41,355 nt of DNA from a virus (IMGVR_UViG_3300045988_021954:1-41355), one strand, 5' to 3'; shown: positions 6,700 to 15,886, counted from the first letter of the stretch. Notes: generated by a model from the sequence alone, not told the origin. Translations and numbers: made by a program.

Positions 6700-8031
6700 G
6701 TGGCGGTGGGCGAGGATGAAAAGGCGCGGATGGAGTTTATCCGAAGCGCGATCAACGAGCACCGCGAATCCCACGCATATAAGACGGCGGCGGATGCTGA
6801 GGAATATTACAACGGCCTGAATCCGACCATTAACCGCTATGAAAAGATCATCTACGATATGCAGGGCCGTGCCCACACGGATATGTGGACGGCAAACCAT
6901 AAGCTGGCCAGCCGCTTCTTCGGCCTAGCGGTGGATCAGGAGGTTTCGTATCTGCTGGGAAACGGCGTGACCTTTGCGGAGAAGGAAACACCGAAAAAAC
7001 TTTGCCCGGACTTCGACCAGGAAGTCATGGATGCGGCGCGTGAGGCGAAAATCGCGGGCGTGTCCTTCGGCTTTTGGGATTTGACGCATTTGCTGGTGTT
7101 CTCCCTGCTTGAGTTCGTTCCCCTCTATGATGAGGAGGACGGTGCGATGAAAGCCGGTATCCGGTTCTGGCAGGTGGCACAGGATAAACCGTTGAGAGCG
7201 ACGCTGTATGAGATTGACGGATTTACCGAGTATTTCCAGCCCAGCGGCGAGGATATGGACGTCATGCAGCCGAAGCGCAGTTATAAGCTGATCGAGCGCA
7301 AGGCGGAGGTCGGCGAAACTGAAATCTATGACGGCGGCAATTATCCGAGTTTTCCCATCGTGCCGCTGAAAAACAATAAGCGGTGTCTATCCGAGATTGT
7401 CGGCAAGCGCAACACCATTGACGCGCTCGACCTTGCGTCCTCCAACATGGTCAACAACGTGGATGAGGGCAACCTGATTTATTGGGTGCTGTCTAACTGC
7501 AACGGCATGGACGATCTCGACGATGCGAAATTTGTGGAGCGCTTGAAAACCACGCATGTTGCCCACGCCAACGGCGACGACGGCGCAAAGGTGGAGAGCA
7601 AGACCATCGAGGCCCCGTATGAGGGGACGAGCAGCACCATTGACATGCTCAAGAAAAAGCTGTACGAAGATTTCCAGAGCTTTGATGCTGCGGCGGTATC
7701 CGCAGGGAACCAGACGGCGACCGCGATCAAGGCCAGCTATGTGCCGCTGGATCTGAAAACGGACAAGTTTGAATCCGAGGTAACGCGGTTTATTGTTGAG
7801 ATTCTTCGTTTGGCAGGCATTGAGGATCAGCCGAGCTACACGCGCAATCAGATTATCAACAAGAGCGAGGAAACGCAGAACATTCTTCTGGGCGCGTCGT
7901 ATTACGATGACGAATACATCACAAAAAAGCTTCTGACCATCAATGGCGACATTGACCAGTACGAGGACATGATGAAACGCAAGGCAGCAGAGGTTATCGA
8001 TTTGACGGAGCAGGTGATTGGCAATGAATAA
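6700..8031 (+). CDS. Portal protein (SPP1 gp6-like)
   Basis: 443 aa directly after terL, with sequence character of SPP1-type portals. The GTG start at 6700 is uncertain; an alternative ATG is at 6730. Confidence 0.8.
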   Translation: MAVGEDEKARMEFIRSAINEHRESHAYKTAADAEEYYNGLNPTINRYEKIIYDMQGRAHTDMWTANHKLASRFFGLAVDQEVSYLLGNGVTFAEKETPKKLCPDFDQEVMDAAREAKIAGVSFGFWDLTHLLVFSLLEFVPLYDEEDGAMKAGIRFWQVAQDKPLRATLYEIDGFTEYFQPSGEDMDVMQPKRSYKLIERKAEVGETEIYDGGNYPSFPIVPLKNNKRCLSEIVGKRNTIDALDLASSNMVNNVDEGNLIYWVLSNCNGMDDLDDAKFVERLKTTHVAHANGDDGAKVESKTIEAPYEGTSSTIDMLKKKLYEDFQSFDAAAVSAGNQTATAIKASYVPLDLKTDKFESEVTRFIVEILRLAGIEDQPSYTRNQIINKSEETQNILLGASYYDDEYITKKLLTINGDIDQYEDMMKRKAAEVIDLTEQVIGNE

Positions 8032-8257
8032 GAAGCAATTATCGGAGAATATTCGCAATGTCAGAAAAACAGCCAAAATGACGCAAGAGCAATTCGGAAA
8101 ATCCTTGGGCGGAACTCGCTTGATGGTTGCACGGTGGGAACTGGGGACAAGAACTCCAAGCCTTGAATATATAGAAAAAATAGCCCGTTGTGTTGGGCGT
8201 TCTCCTGTAGACTTGTTTAATGGGGTATTTGAGGTGAACGGCGATGGCAACGCCTGA
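8024..8257 (+). CDS. XRE-family HTH protein inserted in the head module
   Basis: MNKKQLSENIRNVRKTAKMTQEQFGKSLGGTRLMVARWELGTRTPSLEYIEKIARCVG is a classic HTH_3 pattern. AT-richer than its neighbours. Confidence 0.75.
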   Translation: MNKKQLSENIRNVRKTAKMTQEQFGKSLGGTRLMVARWELGTRTPSLEYIEKIARCVGRSPVDLFNGVFEVNGDGNA

Positions 8258-9260
8258 TTTAGGGCATCAGCTGACCGACAAGGAGCTTGCAAAGCTGGAG
8301 CGGCGTATTGCAAAACTATACCGCGAGGCGGGGGAAGAACTGCAAGCTACCATTGACGCATATTTTGAGCAATTCAAAAAGCGCGACGAGGAAATGAAGG
8401 CGCTGATCGGCACCGTGCAGAACGGTAAGGAATGGACGGAGGCCGACTATAAGCAATGGAGGCTGAACCAGATCGGGCGCGGGGAACGCTATCAGGCCAT
8501 GCGTGACAAGGTGGCGCACCGCGTGACCGATGCAAACGCTGTGGCGGTGTCCTATACCAACGATGCGACGCCCGGTATCTACTCTCTCAACCGCAACTAT
8601 TCGGCCTATACCATCGAACAGGTCGCGGGCAACGTCGGCTTTGACCTGTGGGACGAGCAGACAGTCAAACGCCTGATTGTGGAGCAGCCAAACCTTATGC
8701 CGTACTACCCGCCAAAGCGAGCCTTGAAACGCGGCATTGACCTCGAGTATGGCAAAAAGCAAATCACCAAGAGCGTCACAAGTTCCATCTTGCAGGGCAA
8801 GAGCATCAAACACATGGCGGATGACCTGCAAAAGCGCATTACCACCATGAGCCGCGATTCCGCCATCCGCACGGCCAGAACCGCCGTGACCGGCGCACAG
8901 AACGCCGGACGCATGGACAGCTATGCGGCGGCGCAGAAGATGGGCGTTAACGTCCGAAAGCGCTGGGTCGCTACCAAAGATGGGCGCACGCGCCATGCAC
9001 ACGGTATGGTCGATGGGCAGACCGTTGAATGGGATAAGCCTTTTAATGTCGATGGATATGACATGATGTATCCGGGCGATATGGGTGCGCCGGGATATCT
9101 TGTGTATAATTGCCGATGCACGATGCGGACGGTCGAAAAGGCGGGCATTGAAGCAGAACCGAGAAAAATGCGTGTAAAAAACGCAAATGGCGAATATGAG
9201 GTTGTAAGCGAAATGGCCTTTGCAGAATGGCAAGAATGGGTGAAAAGTCGTGGAAATTGA
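8244..9260 (+). CDS. Head morphogenesis / minor capsid protein (SPP1 gp7, Mu F-like)
   Basis: Position after the portal. C-terminal ...YNCRCTM motif typical of Mu F-like proteins. Confidence 0.8.
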   Translation: MATPDLGHQLTDKELAKLERRIAKLYREAGEELQATIDAYFEQFKKRDEEMKALIGTVQNGKEWTEADYKQWRLNQIGRGERYQAMRDKVAHRVTDANAVAVSYTNDATPGIYSLNRNYSAYTIEQVAGNVGFDLWDEQTVKRLIVEQPNLMPYYPPKRALKRGIDLEYGKKQITKSVTSSILQGKSIKHMADDLQKRITTMSRDSAIRTARTAVTGAQNAGRMDSYAAAQKMGVNVRKRWVATKDGRTRHAHGMVDGQTVEWDKPFNVDGYDMMYPGDMGAPGYLVYNCRCTMRTVEKAGIEAEPRKMRVKNANGEYEVVSEMAFAEWQEWVKSRGN

Positions 9261-9654
9261 AGTTGCAGACCATAGCAATGAAATTGGCAAAGAGCTGCGC
9301 GCGGCGCTTTTACGGGCGTTGGAACGCTGCGGAACTCAAGCAGAAGGATATGCAAAAGACCTTGCGCCTTATGACACGAGCAGACTGAAAAACAGCATTA
9401 CGCATCAGGTCAACGATGACGAAATGTCGGTTATTATCGGCACGGACGTTGAATACGGCGTTTATCAAGAGCTTGGCACTGGTATTTATGCCGAGGGAGG
9501 CGGCGGACGTCCTACGCCGTGGGTGTATCAGGATGAAAAAGGGAACTGGCACTACACGCGAGGCAATAAAGCGCATCCGTTTCTCAAACCGGCGCTTGCA
9601 GATCATACGCGGACTTACAGAAACATTTTTGAGGACGAGCTGAAAAATGGATAA
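9250..9654 (+). CDS. HK97 gp10-like protein (head-tail joining family), unusual position
   Basis: YDTSRLKNSITHQV and VEYGVYQELGTG resemble the gp10-family DTG.L..SI and Y...VE.G motifs. GTG start overlaps the previous stop. Confidence 0.55.
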   Translation: MEIEVADHSNEIGKELRAALLRALERCGTQAEGYAKDLAPYDTSRLKNSITHQVNDDEMSVIIGTDVEYGVYQELGTGIYAEGGGGRPTPWVYQDEKGNWHYTRGNKAHPFLKPALADHTRTYRNIFEDELKNG

Positions 9655-9778
9655 TGAAACCATCAAGGCCATTGAAGCCATTATCAAGCGCGGCAACGAT
9701 GCTGAAATACGACGAAAAGGCGACGGGTACATCGTCTTAGAGGTCAAGAAAACAATCAAATACACAGCTTCCGCGTAA
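9647..9778 (+). CDS. Small hypothetical protein (43 aa)
   Basis: ATG overlaps the previous stop. Product MDNETIKAIEAIIKRGNDAEIRRKGDGYIVLEVKKTIKYTASA. Followed by a terminator. Confidence 0.4.
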   Translation: MDNETIKAIEAIIKRGNDAEIRRKGDGYIVLEVKKTIKYTASA

Positions 9779-9801
9779 TTGGGCGCGGGAAAGGGCAATA
9801 G

Positions 9802-9845
9802 GAGCCAGCTACCGAGTTTTTCTCGTTGGTTGGCTCTTTTGTTTT
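9802..9845 (+). terminator. Rho-independent terminator
   Basis: GAGCCA..ACC / GGTTGGCTC stem followed by TTTTGTTTT. Confidence 0.65.
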
Positions 9846-9928
9846 AGGTAAAACCCGCGAGGTACAGCGGTTTTTATACAACGTTCGCCCCCGAAGAATT
9901 GGGGCCAAGGAAAAGGAGAACGAATAAC

Positions 9929-10552
9929 ATGGCGAAATTTACGAGAGCGGAAATTAGAAATATTCTCGGCGAAGCTTGCACCGAAGAGATCGAAAATCGC
10001 TTGGTTGCGCTGCATCTGGGCGTGGTCGACCCCCTCAAGGACGATCTCACGAAGTACAAGGCGGACGCGGATAAGCTGCCCAGCGTTCAGAAGGAATTGG
10101 ACGACCTCAAGGCAGCGGGTGACGGCGGCTATAAGGAGAAGTACGAGAAGGAACACTCGGATTTTGAAACTTACAAGTCTACCGTGACGGCAAAGGAAAG
10201 CAAGGCGGCGAAGGAAAAGGCCGTCCGGGCTTACTTTGAGAGCAAAAACATCACCGGCGCAAATTTGGACCTTGCCATGCGTGGCTGCGGCGAAGAAATG
10301 GCCGCATTGGAGCTGGACGGCGAGAAGATCAAGGACACTAAGAGCCTTGATGCACTCGTAAACGGCACCTACAAGGGGCTTGTCTCCACCACGCAGACGC
10401 ACGGTGCGAATCCTGCCAATCCCCCGGCGAACACCGGTGGCGCGAAGACCCGCGAGGACATCTATAAGAAGGACGAAAAGGGCCGCTATGTGATGTCTAC
10501 GGCGGAGCGCCAGAAAGCACTTGCCGATCTGATGGCAAGCGAAAACAACTGA
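9929..10552 (+). CDS. Scaffolding protein (phage GP20-like)
   Basis: ATG after AAGGAAAAGGAGAA. Charged helical protein immediately upstream of the capsid gene. Confidence 0.7.
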   Translation: MAKFTRAEIRNILGEACTEEIENRLVALHLGVVDPLKDDLTKYKADADKLPSVQKELDDLKAAGDGGYKEKYEKEHSDFETYKSTVTAKESKAAKEKAVRAYFESKNITGANLDLAMRGCGEEMAALELDGEKIKDTKSLDALVNGTYKGLVSTTQTHGANPANPPANTGGAKTREDIYKKDEKGRYVMSTAERQKALADLMASENN

Positions 10553-10572
10553 TTTTTTGAAAGGAGCTATTT

Positions 10573-11475
10573 ATGGCTGCGAAAACTAACGTAACAACTT
10601 CTGCCCAGTTTACCACTTCCGCCCGTGAGGTGGATTTCGTGTCCCGCTTTGCTGATAACTGGGACGCACTTCGCAACATCATGGGCATTATGCGTCCCAT
10701 CCGCAAGGCCCCCGGCACGAAGCTGGTTTCCTACAAGGCCAGCGTGGACGGCGGCCTCAAGGGCGGCACTGTGGCTGAGGGTGACGAGATCCCCTTCACC
10801 AAGATGAAGGTGGAGCCTGTTGCCTACGGCGACATCGACATTTCCAAGTATGCCAAGAGCGTGACCATCGAGAGCGTGGCAAAGTACGGCGCTGACGTTG
10901 CCGTGGAGAAGACCGACGAGGCTTTCCTCGTGGCCCTGCAGAACAAGGTCCTGACCGACTTCTACACCTTCCTCGGTACTGGCACTCTGAAGGTGACCGA
11001 GAAGACGTGGCAGCGCGCTTTGGCCATGGCTAAGGGCAAGGTGCTGGACAAGTTTGCCGGTCTGGATAAAGACGTGACCGAGGTGGTGGGATTCGCCAAC
11101 ATCATCGACGCTTACGATTACCTGGGCGACAAAGAGATCACCGTTCAGACCATGTTCGGCATCAACTACGTGGAGAACTTCATGGGCTACCGCACTCTGT
11201 TCCTGCTGCCTGAGAAGTACATTGCCTCCAAGAAGGTGATCGCTCTGCCCGTGGAGAACATCGACCTGTACTATGTGGACCCCAGCGACAGCGACTTTGC
11301 CAAGCTGGGCCTGAACTACACCGTGAAGGGCGAGACCAACCTGATCGGCGTTCACGTCGACGGCGATTACAGCCGCGCCACCGGCGATATGTACGCCATC
11401 ATGGGCATGAAGCTGTGGGCTGAGTATCTGGACGGCATTGCCGTGGCTACCGTTGCTGCGGCTGCTGCGGGCTAA
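10573..11475 (+). CDS. Major capsid protein
   Basis: 300 aa after the scaffold. Strong RBS GAAAGGAG. Highly biased codon usage. Ala-rich C-terminus. Confidence 0.85.
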   Translation: MAAKTNVTTSAQFTTSAREVDFVSRFADNWDALRNIMGIMRPIRKAPGTKLVSYKASVDGGLKGGTVAEGDEIPFTKMKVEPVAYGDIDISKYAKSVTIESVAKYGADVAVEKTDEAFLVALQNKVLTDFYTFLGTGTLKVTEKTWQRALAMAKGKVLDKFAGLDKDVTEVVGFANIIDAYDYLGDKEITVQTMFGINYVENFMGYRTLFLLPEKYIASKKVIALPVENIDLYYVDPSDSDFAKLGLNYTVKGETNLIGVHVDGDYSRATGDMYAIMGMKLWAEYLDGIAVATVAAAAAG

Positions 11476-11491
11476 ATAAGGGGGCAGCGTG

Positions 11492-11923
11492 ATGCTTGAA
11501 CAGGTCTTACGGCACTTGAACAACTGGTTCCTTGTGGACATTCACGAGGGCACGTTCACCGTGGAGAATGGCAGCATTGCGCTGCCCTTTCTCCTGACCA
11601 ATCAATATTTCTGCATCTGCGGTTCCGTATTTAACGATGGACTGCACCAGTACCCGGCGACCGACCTTACGGATGAAACCTTTACCGGGACGGTGTGGGC
11701 GCTGGCGGTGCCAAAGGCTGTGGTTGCACTTGCCGAAGATATCGCCGCGTGGCAGGAAAAGAACGGGGAGGCCGTTGCAAGCCCGTATCAAAGCGAGAGC
11801 TTCGGGGGCTATTCTTACGCCAAACGCAGCGCGGGAAGCGACGGCAGCGCGTTGAACGGCTGGCAGGACGCTTTCAGAGACCGGTTAAACGACTGGCGAA
11901 AGCTCAAGGGGGTGGAACCGTGA
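11492..11923 (+). CDS. Head-tail connector / adaptor protein (putative)
   Basis: First gene after the capsid. ATG 7 nt after AAGGGGG. 143 aa. Confidence 0.55.
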   Translation: MLEQVLRHLNNWFLVDIHEGTFTVENGSIALPFLLTNQYFCICGSVFNDGLHQYPATDLTDETFTGTVWALAVPKAVVALAEDIAAWQEKNGEAVASPYQSESFGGYSYAKRSAGSDGSALNGWQDAFRDRLNDWRKLKGVEP

Positions 11924-12279
11924 GTTTACTCGACGATTTTGCAAGCAAATGCGTGCTGATGGAAAAGACGCGAACGCCGGACGGCGCAGGCGGCTACATC
12001 GTTGCGTGGGCCGAAGGCGCGGAATTTCTCAACTATCAAGCGCTCGATACCTCGATGGAGGCCCGCAGGGCGGAAAAGGAGGGTGTGACCTCGGTGTATT
12101 CCGCGCTGGTCAACAAGACCGTCCCCATCGAGTATAACGACTATTTCCGCGACACGTCCACCGGCAACACCTACCGCGTGACCTCAAACCCCGAGGAAAA
12201 GGCCGCGCCGAGGTCTGCGGGTGCAACCATTAAGGCACTGAAATTCTTCACCGCAGAGCGAAAGGAGTTGCCAAAATGA
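11920..12279 (+). CDS. Head closure protein (SPP1 gp16-like, putative)
   Basis: GTGA overlap with the previous gene. About 119 aa. ...TGNTYRVTS... pattern and gene order. Confidence 0.5.
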   Translation: MSLLDDFASKCVLMEKTRTPDGAGGYIVAWAEGAEFLNYQALDTSMEARRAEKEGVTSVYSALVNKTVPIEYNDYFRDTSTGNTYRVTSNPEEKAAPRSAGATIKALKFFTAERKELPK

Positions 12280-12644
12280 CAAAGGACAAGGCGCTCCATG
12301 CGTGGTTTTCTCAATTCCTCCCGGCCTATCCGACCTCCAACGTGCCAGATGATGCGGTTTTCCCGTGGCTGACCTATGAGCTTATCACAGGGTCATGGGA
12401 GAGCGGTGAAATCGCGCTGACGGTCAACCTCTGGTATTACACCGAGAGCGAAGCGACACCCAACGCAAAGGCACAGGAAATCAGCGATGCCATCGGCATG
12501 GGCGGCGTGCTTGTGCCGTATGATGGCGGGGCGATGTGGATCAAGCGAGGATCCCCGTGGTGCCAGAACATCGCGGATGAAAGCGATAAAAACATCAAGC
12601 GGCGGTATCTCAACATTACGGTTGAGTTCCTGTCGCAAAACTGA
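12276..12644 (+). CDS. Tail completion / tail terminator protein (putative)
   Basis: ATGA overlap. 122 aa, immediately before the major tail protein. Confidence 0.5.
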   Translation: MTKDKALHAWFSQFLPAYPTSNVPDDAVFPWLTYELITGSWESGEIALTVNLWYYTESEATPNAKAQEISDAIGMGGVLVPYDGGAMWIKRGSPWCQNIADESDKNIKRRYLNITVEFLSQN

Positions 12645-12659
12645 TGAAAGGGAAAGACT

Positions 12660-13247
12660 ATGAAATTTACCAAGATTCCTTCTGACGCATTTCAGAAGCT
12701 TCAGATCAACGCTGGTATCCTGACGACCGACTTCACGCCTGCGACCGGCGCCATCGGCGAGGCGGGGCAGATCGGCGCAACGACCGGTGGCGTCAACTTC
12801 ACCGCCACGCCGACCTACTCGGACTTTGGCGAGGATATCGACAACTGCCCCAAGAACATGAAAGAGCTGAAAAAGCTCGATTCGTGGGAGGTAAAGATGA
12901 CCGGCACGTTTGTCAATGCGGATACCGCCATTGCAAAGCGGCTGTGCGGCGCGGCGGACATCGGGACGACCGACACGACCAAGGTTACACCGCGCAACGA
13001 CCTCAAGGACGCGGACTTTGACGATATCTGGCTTGTGGGCGATTACTCCGACAAGAACGGCGAAACTAACGGCGGCTTTATCGCTATCAAGCTGATCAAC
13101 GCGCTTTCCACAGGCGGCTTCCAGCTTCAGACAAGCGACAAGGCCAAGGGACAGTTTGCCTTTGAGTTTACCGGGCACTATTCCATGAGCGCGCAGGACA
13201 CGGTTCCCTTTGAAATTTACATCAAGTCCGGCACGGCAGAGGCGTAA
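12660..13247 (+). CDS. Major tail protein
   Basis: 195 aa, beta-rich, RBS GGGAAAG. Followed by a chaperone pair and the tape measure. Confidence 0.75.
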   Translation: MKFTKIPSDAFQKLQINAGILTTDFTPATGAIGEAGQIGATTGGVNFTATPTYSDFGEDIDNCPKNMKELKKLDSWEVKMTGTFVNADTAIAKRLCGAADIGTTDTTKVTPRNDLKDADFDDIWLVGDYSDKNGETNGGFIAIKLINALSTGGFQLQTSDKAKGQFAFEFTGHYSMSAQDTVPFEIYIKSGTAEA

Positions 13248-13643
13248 ATGAGACTTTCCGACATTCAGGGCGAGCGCGTCTTTGACGTCATCGCGGATAT
13301 CATCGACCCGATTGCTAACATTGCGGAGGACGATGCGGCATCCGCGCTGTTCAAGCGCGAGAAGCTGCCCGAGGGCATGACAGCCAAAGAGTTTATGACG
13401 CAGAGGGCGCGAAAAGCGCTCCCCGCGCTGCTCAAGGGCCACAAAGGCGACATCATCGCCATTCTTGCCTCTATTGAGGGAGTGAGCGCAGAGAGCTACA
13501 AGGGTGCGCTGAACCTCGTCAAGCTGATGCGCGACGCGACGGAGCTTTTGACCGATGAGGCATTCAGCGCGCTTTTTCTCTCAGCGCAGAGCGGGAAATC
13601 CTCTGGCTCTGCGCAGGAGAATACCGAGGGCAAAGAAGAATAA
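13248..13643 (+). CDS. Tail assembly chaperone (gpG-like)
   Basis: Acidic 131-aa protein between the major tail and tape measure genes. Confidence 0.6.
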   Translation: MRLSDIQGERVFDVIADIIDPIANIAEDDAASALFKREKLPEGMTAKEFMTQRARKALPALLKGHKGDIIAILASIEGVSAESYKGALNLVKLMRDATELLTDEAFSALFLSAQSGKSSGSAQENTEGKEE

Positions 13644-13663
13644 AGCCGTTCCTGCGGTACTGT

Positions 13664-13909
13664 GTGGCGCGGCTCAATGAAAAAGCAAGAAACGACGCAT
13701 ACCGCATTTATGTGACGGACGCGCTGCGCATTGTGGCCGAAAACACGGCGCGATACGCGGGCGGGAACTATATCAAGGCGCGATACGCGGACATCATTGA
13801 GCCGAAGAAGCAGGACAACAGAACGTGCGAAGAGATTACCGCCGATATTATCGCGCGGTGCGGGCTGACGATAAAAAAAGCCGCCCCTGACGGGGCGGCG
13901 GAGGGATAG
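13664..13909 (+). CDS. Tail assembly chaperone extension (gpT-like; possibly made by -1 frameshift from 13248)
   Basis: Its frame (-1 relative to the gpG-like ORF) is open from 13559 and overlaps the last 85 nt of that ORF. Confidence 0.5.
   Translation: MARLNEKARNDAYRIYVTDALRIVAENTARYAGGNYIKARYADIIEPKKQDNRTCEEITADIIARCGLTIKKAAPDGAAEG
13873..13899 (-). terminator. Rho-independent terminator for the reverse-strand PH-domain gene
   Basis: GCCGCCCC-tgac-GGGGCGGC stem (13880-13899), followed on the minus strand by T7 (13873-13879). Lies inside the + strand chaperone CDS. Confidence 0.75.
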
Positions 13910-13912
13910 GCG

Positions 13913-14296
13913 TTATTTGAGAACGTATTCCGAGATCATGCGGCCGATCTTCCCGATGTCGGTATCGCCTTTGAACTCAAATTTGGCGGTAAAGCCATTG
14001 GAAAACGTCAGGACAAGCTCGCTGTCGGGGATCAGCTCAACAAGGCCGGGTGTCTGGATAGCGAAGAACTGCACCCTGGAAAAGGGCATGGAGCTGAACG
14101 ATTTCCGCTTTCCGGTGATGCCCTGCACGTCAACGGAAATAATGCGCTTGTTGGTGAAGATAAGCTGGTCGCGGATCGTTTTGAACGCGCAGGCGATCTC
14201 TTCGCCCGCGATCAAAAGACCGTTGACCTCGTCGCGGACTTCGGCAATGGGAATAGGCTTTAAGTCAAATGCGGAATCTTTGTTGAAATTGATCAT
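13913..14296 (-). CDS. Bacterial PH-domain protein (bPH / YvbH-like), moron
   Basis: MINFNKDSAFDL...LLIAGEEIACAFKTIRDQLIFTNKRIISVDVQGITGKRKSFSSMPFSRV... matches the bacterial PH-domain pattern. RBS AAAGGAGGG. Confidence 0.75.
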   Translation of the reverse strand: MINFNKDSAFDLKPIPIAEVRDEVNGLLIAGEEIACAFKTIRDQLIFTNKRIISVDVQGITGKRKSFSSMPFSRVQFFAIQTPGLVELIPDSELVLTFSNGFTAKFEFKGDTDIGKIGRMISEYVLK

Positions 14297-14318
14297 GGCA
14301 AAACCCTCCTTTCCTGAA

Positions 14319-14347
14319 ATTGTACTACATAAGCCTTGACTTTTCAA
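14319..14347 (-). promoter_or_regulatory. Sigma-70-type promoter of the PH-domain moron
   Basis: On the minus strand: TTGAAA (14347-14342), 17-nt spacer, TACAAT (14324-14319). Confidence 0.7.
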
Positions 14348-14386
14348 GGGCTTTTCGCCAAAAACACCAAAAAGCGTGGTGAGAAC

Positions 14387-15886
14387 ATGAATTTATTAGA
14401 CCTTTTTGTCAAAATCAGCGTTGACACGAGCGAAGTAGATAAAAACCTCGGGGATACCAAAGAAAAGGCATTGAGCTTTGGCGACGTGCTGAAAGCCAAT
14501 ATTGCAGGGCAAGCCATTGTTGCAGGCGTGAAAGCTGTTGCAGGCGCGGTAAAAAACATTGGCGCAGCAGCGATCCAAAGCTACGGCGAGTATGAGCAGC
14601 TGGTCGGCGGCGTGGAAACGCTTTTTAAGTCCTCTGCCGACACCGTGATGCAGTACGCCGCGAACGCATACCAGACGGCGGGCATGAGCGCCAACGAGTA
14701 CATGACCACCGTGACGGCATTTTCTGCGTCTCTGCTGCAATCGATGGGCGGAGACACGGACGCGGCAGCGGAAAAGGCGAATCTGGCCATCACCGACATG
14801 AGCGACAACGCCAATAAGATGGGCACGGACATGCAGTCCATCCAGAACGCTTATCAGGGCTTCGCCAAGCAGAACTACACCATGCTGGACAACCTAAAGC
14901 TGGGCTATGGCGGCACAAAAGAAGAAATGCAGCGTCTTTTGGACGATGCGAACGCCTTAAATGCCGCGCAGGGCAATTATACCAACTACACCATCAGCAG
15001 CTACGCGGATATCGTAGACGCTATCCATACCGTGCAGACGGAAATGGGCATCACGGGCACGACGCAGCTGGAAGCCAGTACGACGATTCAAGGCTCTATT
15101 GCGTCGATGAAAGCGGCGTATGACAACTTTATCACGGGGCTGGGCGATGAAAACGCCGACATGGCAGAACTCATCACGAACCTTTTGGGCAGCGCCGTGA
15201 CGGTGGCGGAAAATCTCTTGCCGGTCGTTGAGAGGGTCCTTGAAAACATTGGCGTTGTGGTGCAGGAAAAAGGCCCTGAAATGATCGAGAAATTCGTCGG
15301 CTATGCCGTCGAAAAACTGCCGCAGGTCATTGAGCTGGGCATGAAGATGGTGTTGGCGATCGTCAGCGGCCTTGCTGATAATTTGCCGCAGATCGTTCGG
15401 TCGGTGCTTGACATGATGGCGACCATTGTAAAGACCTTTGTTTCTTCACTCCCCGACATCGTAGATGTCGGTAAGCAAATCGTGAAGGGCTTGTGGGAAG
15501 GAATCAAGGCAATGGGCAGCTGGATCAAGAATAAAGTCGGAAACTTTTTCTCCGGAATTGTTTCAGGCGTGAAAAGCAAACTCGGGATCCATTCTCCGTC
15601 TCGAGTATTTGCGGGAATCGGTGAGAATATGGCGCTGGGCCTTGGCGAGGGCTGGGACAACGAGTACGACAGCATCAAGCGCGGCATCACTGGTGGGCTG
15701 GACTTCGGCACAGCACAGATCGGCGCGGAGCAATCTTTCGGCGGTCAGATGCGCAGCGCGCTATCTTCCCTCAGCGGCATGGGCGGTGATATCCACATCG
15801 TTGTGCAGTCCGTGCTTGACGGGAAAATCATCGGCGAATCCGTGAGCAAGTACAATCGGCAAATGCATCGGGCTATGGGGGTGTAA
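14387..15886 (+). CDS. Tape measure protein (499 aa)
   Basis: Largest tail gene, after the chaperones. Ala/Gly/Met-rich helical sequence. ATG after GGTGAGAAC. Confidence 0.85.
   Translation: MNLLDLFVKISVDTSEVDKNLGDTKEKALSFGDVLKANIAGQAIVAGVKAVAGAVKNIGAAAIQSYGEYEQLVGGVETLFKSSADTVMQYAANAYQTAGMSANEYMTTVTAFSASLLQSMGGDTDAAAEKANLAITDMSDNANKMGTDMQSIQNAYQGFAKQNYTMLDNLKLGYGGTKEEMQRLLDDANALNAAQGNYTNYTISSYADIVDAIHTVQTEMGITGTTQLEASTTIQGSIASMKAAYDNFITGLGDENADMAELITNLLGSAVTVAENLLPVVERVLENIGVVVQEKGPEMIEKFVGYAVEKLPQVIELGMKMVLAIVSGLADNLPQIVRSVLDMMATIVKTFVSSLPDIVDVGKQIVKGLWEGIKAMGSWIKNKVGNFFSGIVSGVKSKLGIHSPSRVFAGIGENMALGLGEGWDNEYDSIKRGITGGLDFGTAQIGAEQSFGGQMRSALSSLSGMGGDIHIVVQSVLDGKIIGESVSKYNRQMHRAMGV

Noticed and set aside
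10567-11541. 324-aa antisense ORF opposite the major capsid gene. Similar long antisense ORFs lie opposite terL (5435-6487), portal (7387-8313), MuF (8316-9290), tail genes (12393-13442) and the cargo operon (26159-28308).
   Set aside because: These are shadow ORFs of GC-rich, strongly codon-biased genes. They have H/V/L/G/A-rich low-information sequences, no RBS, and are fully contained in well-supported sense genes.
14336-14341. TTGACT as a -35 box for a tape-measure promoter
   Set aside because: There is no acceptable -10 at 16-18 nt. The hexamer overlaps the minus-strand promoter of the PH-domain gene, which is far better supported.
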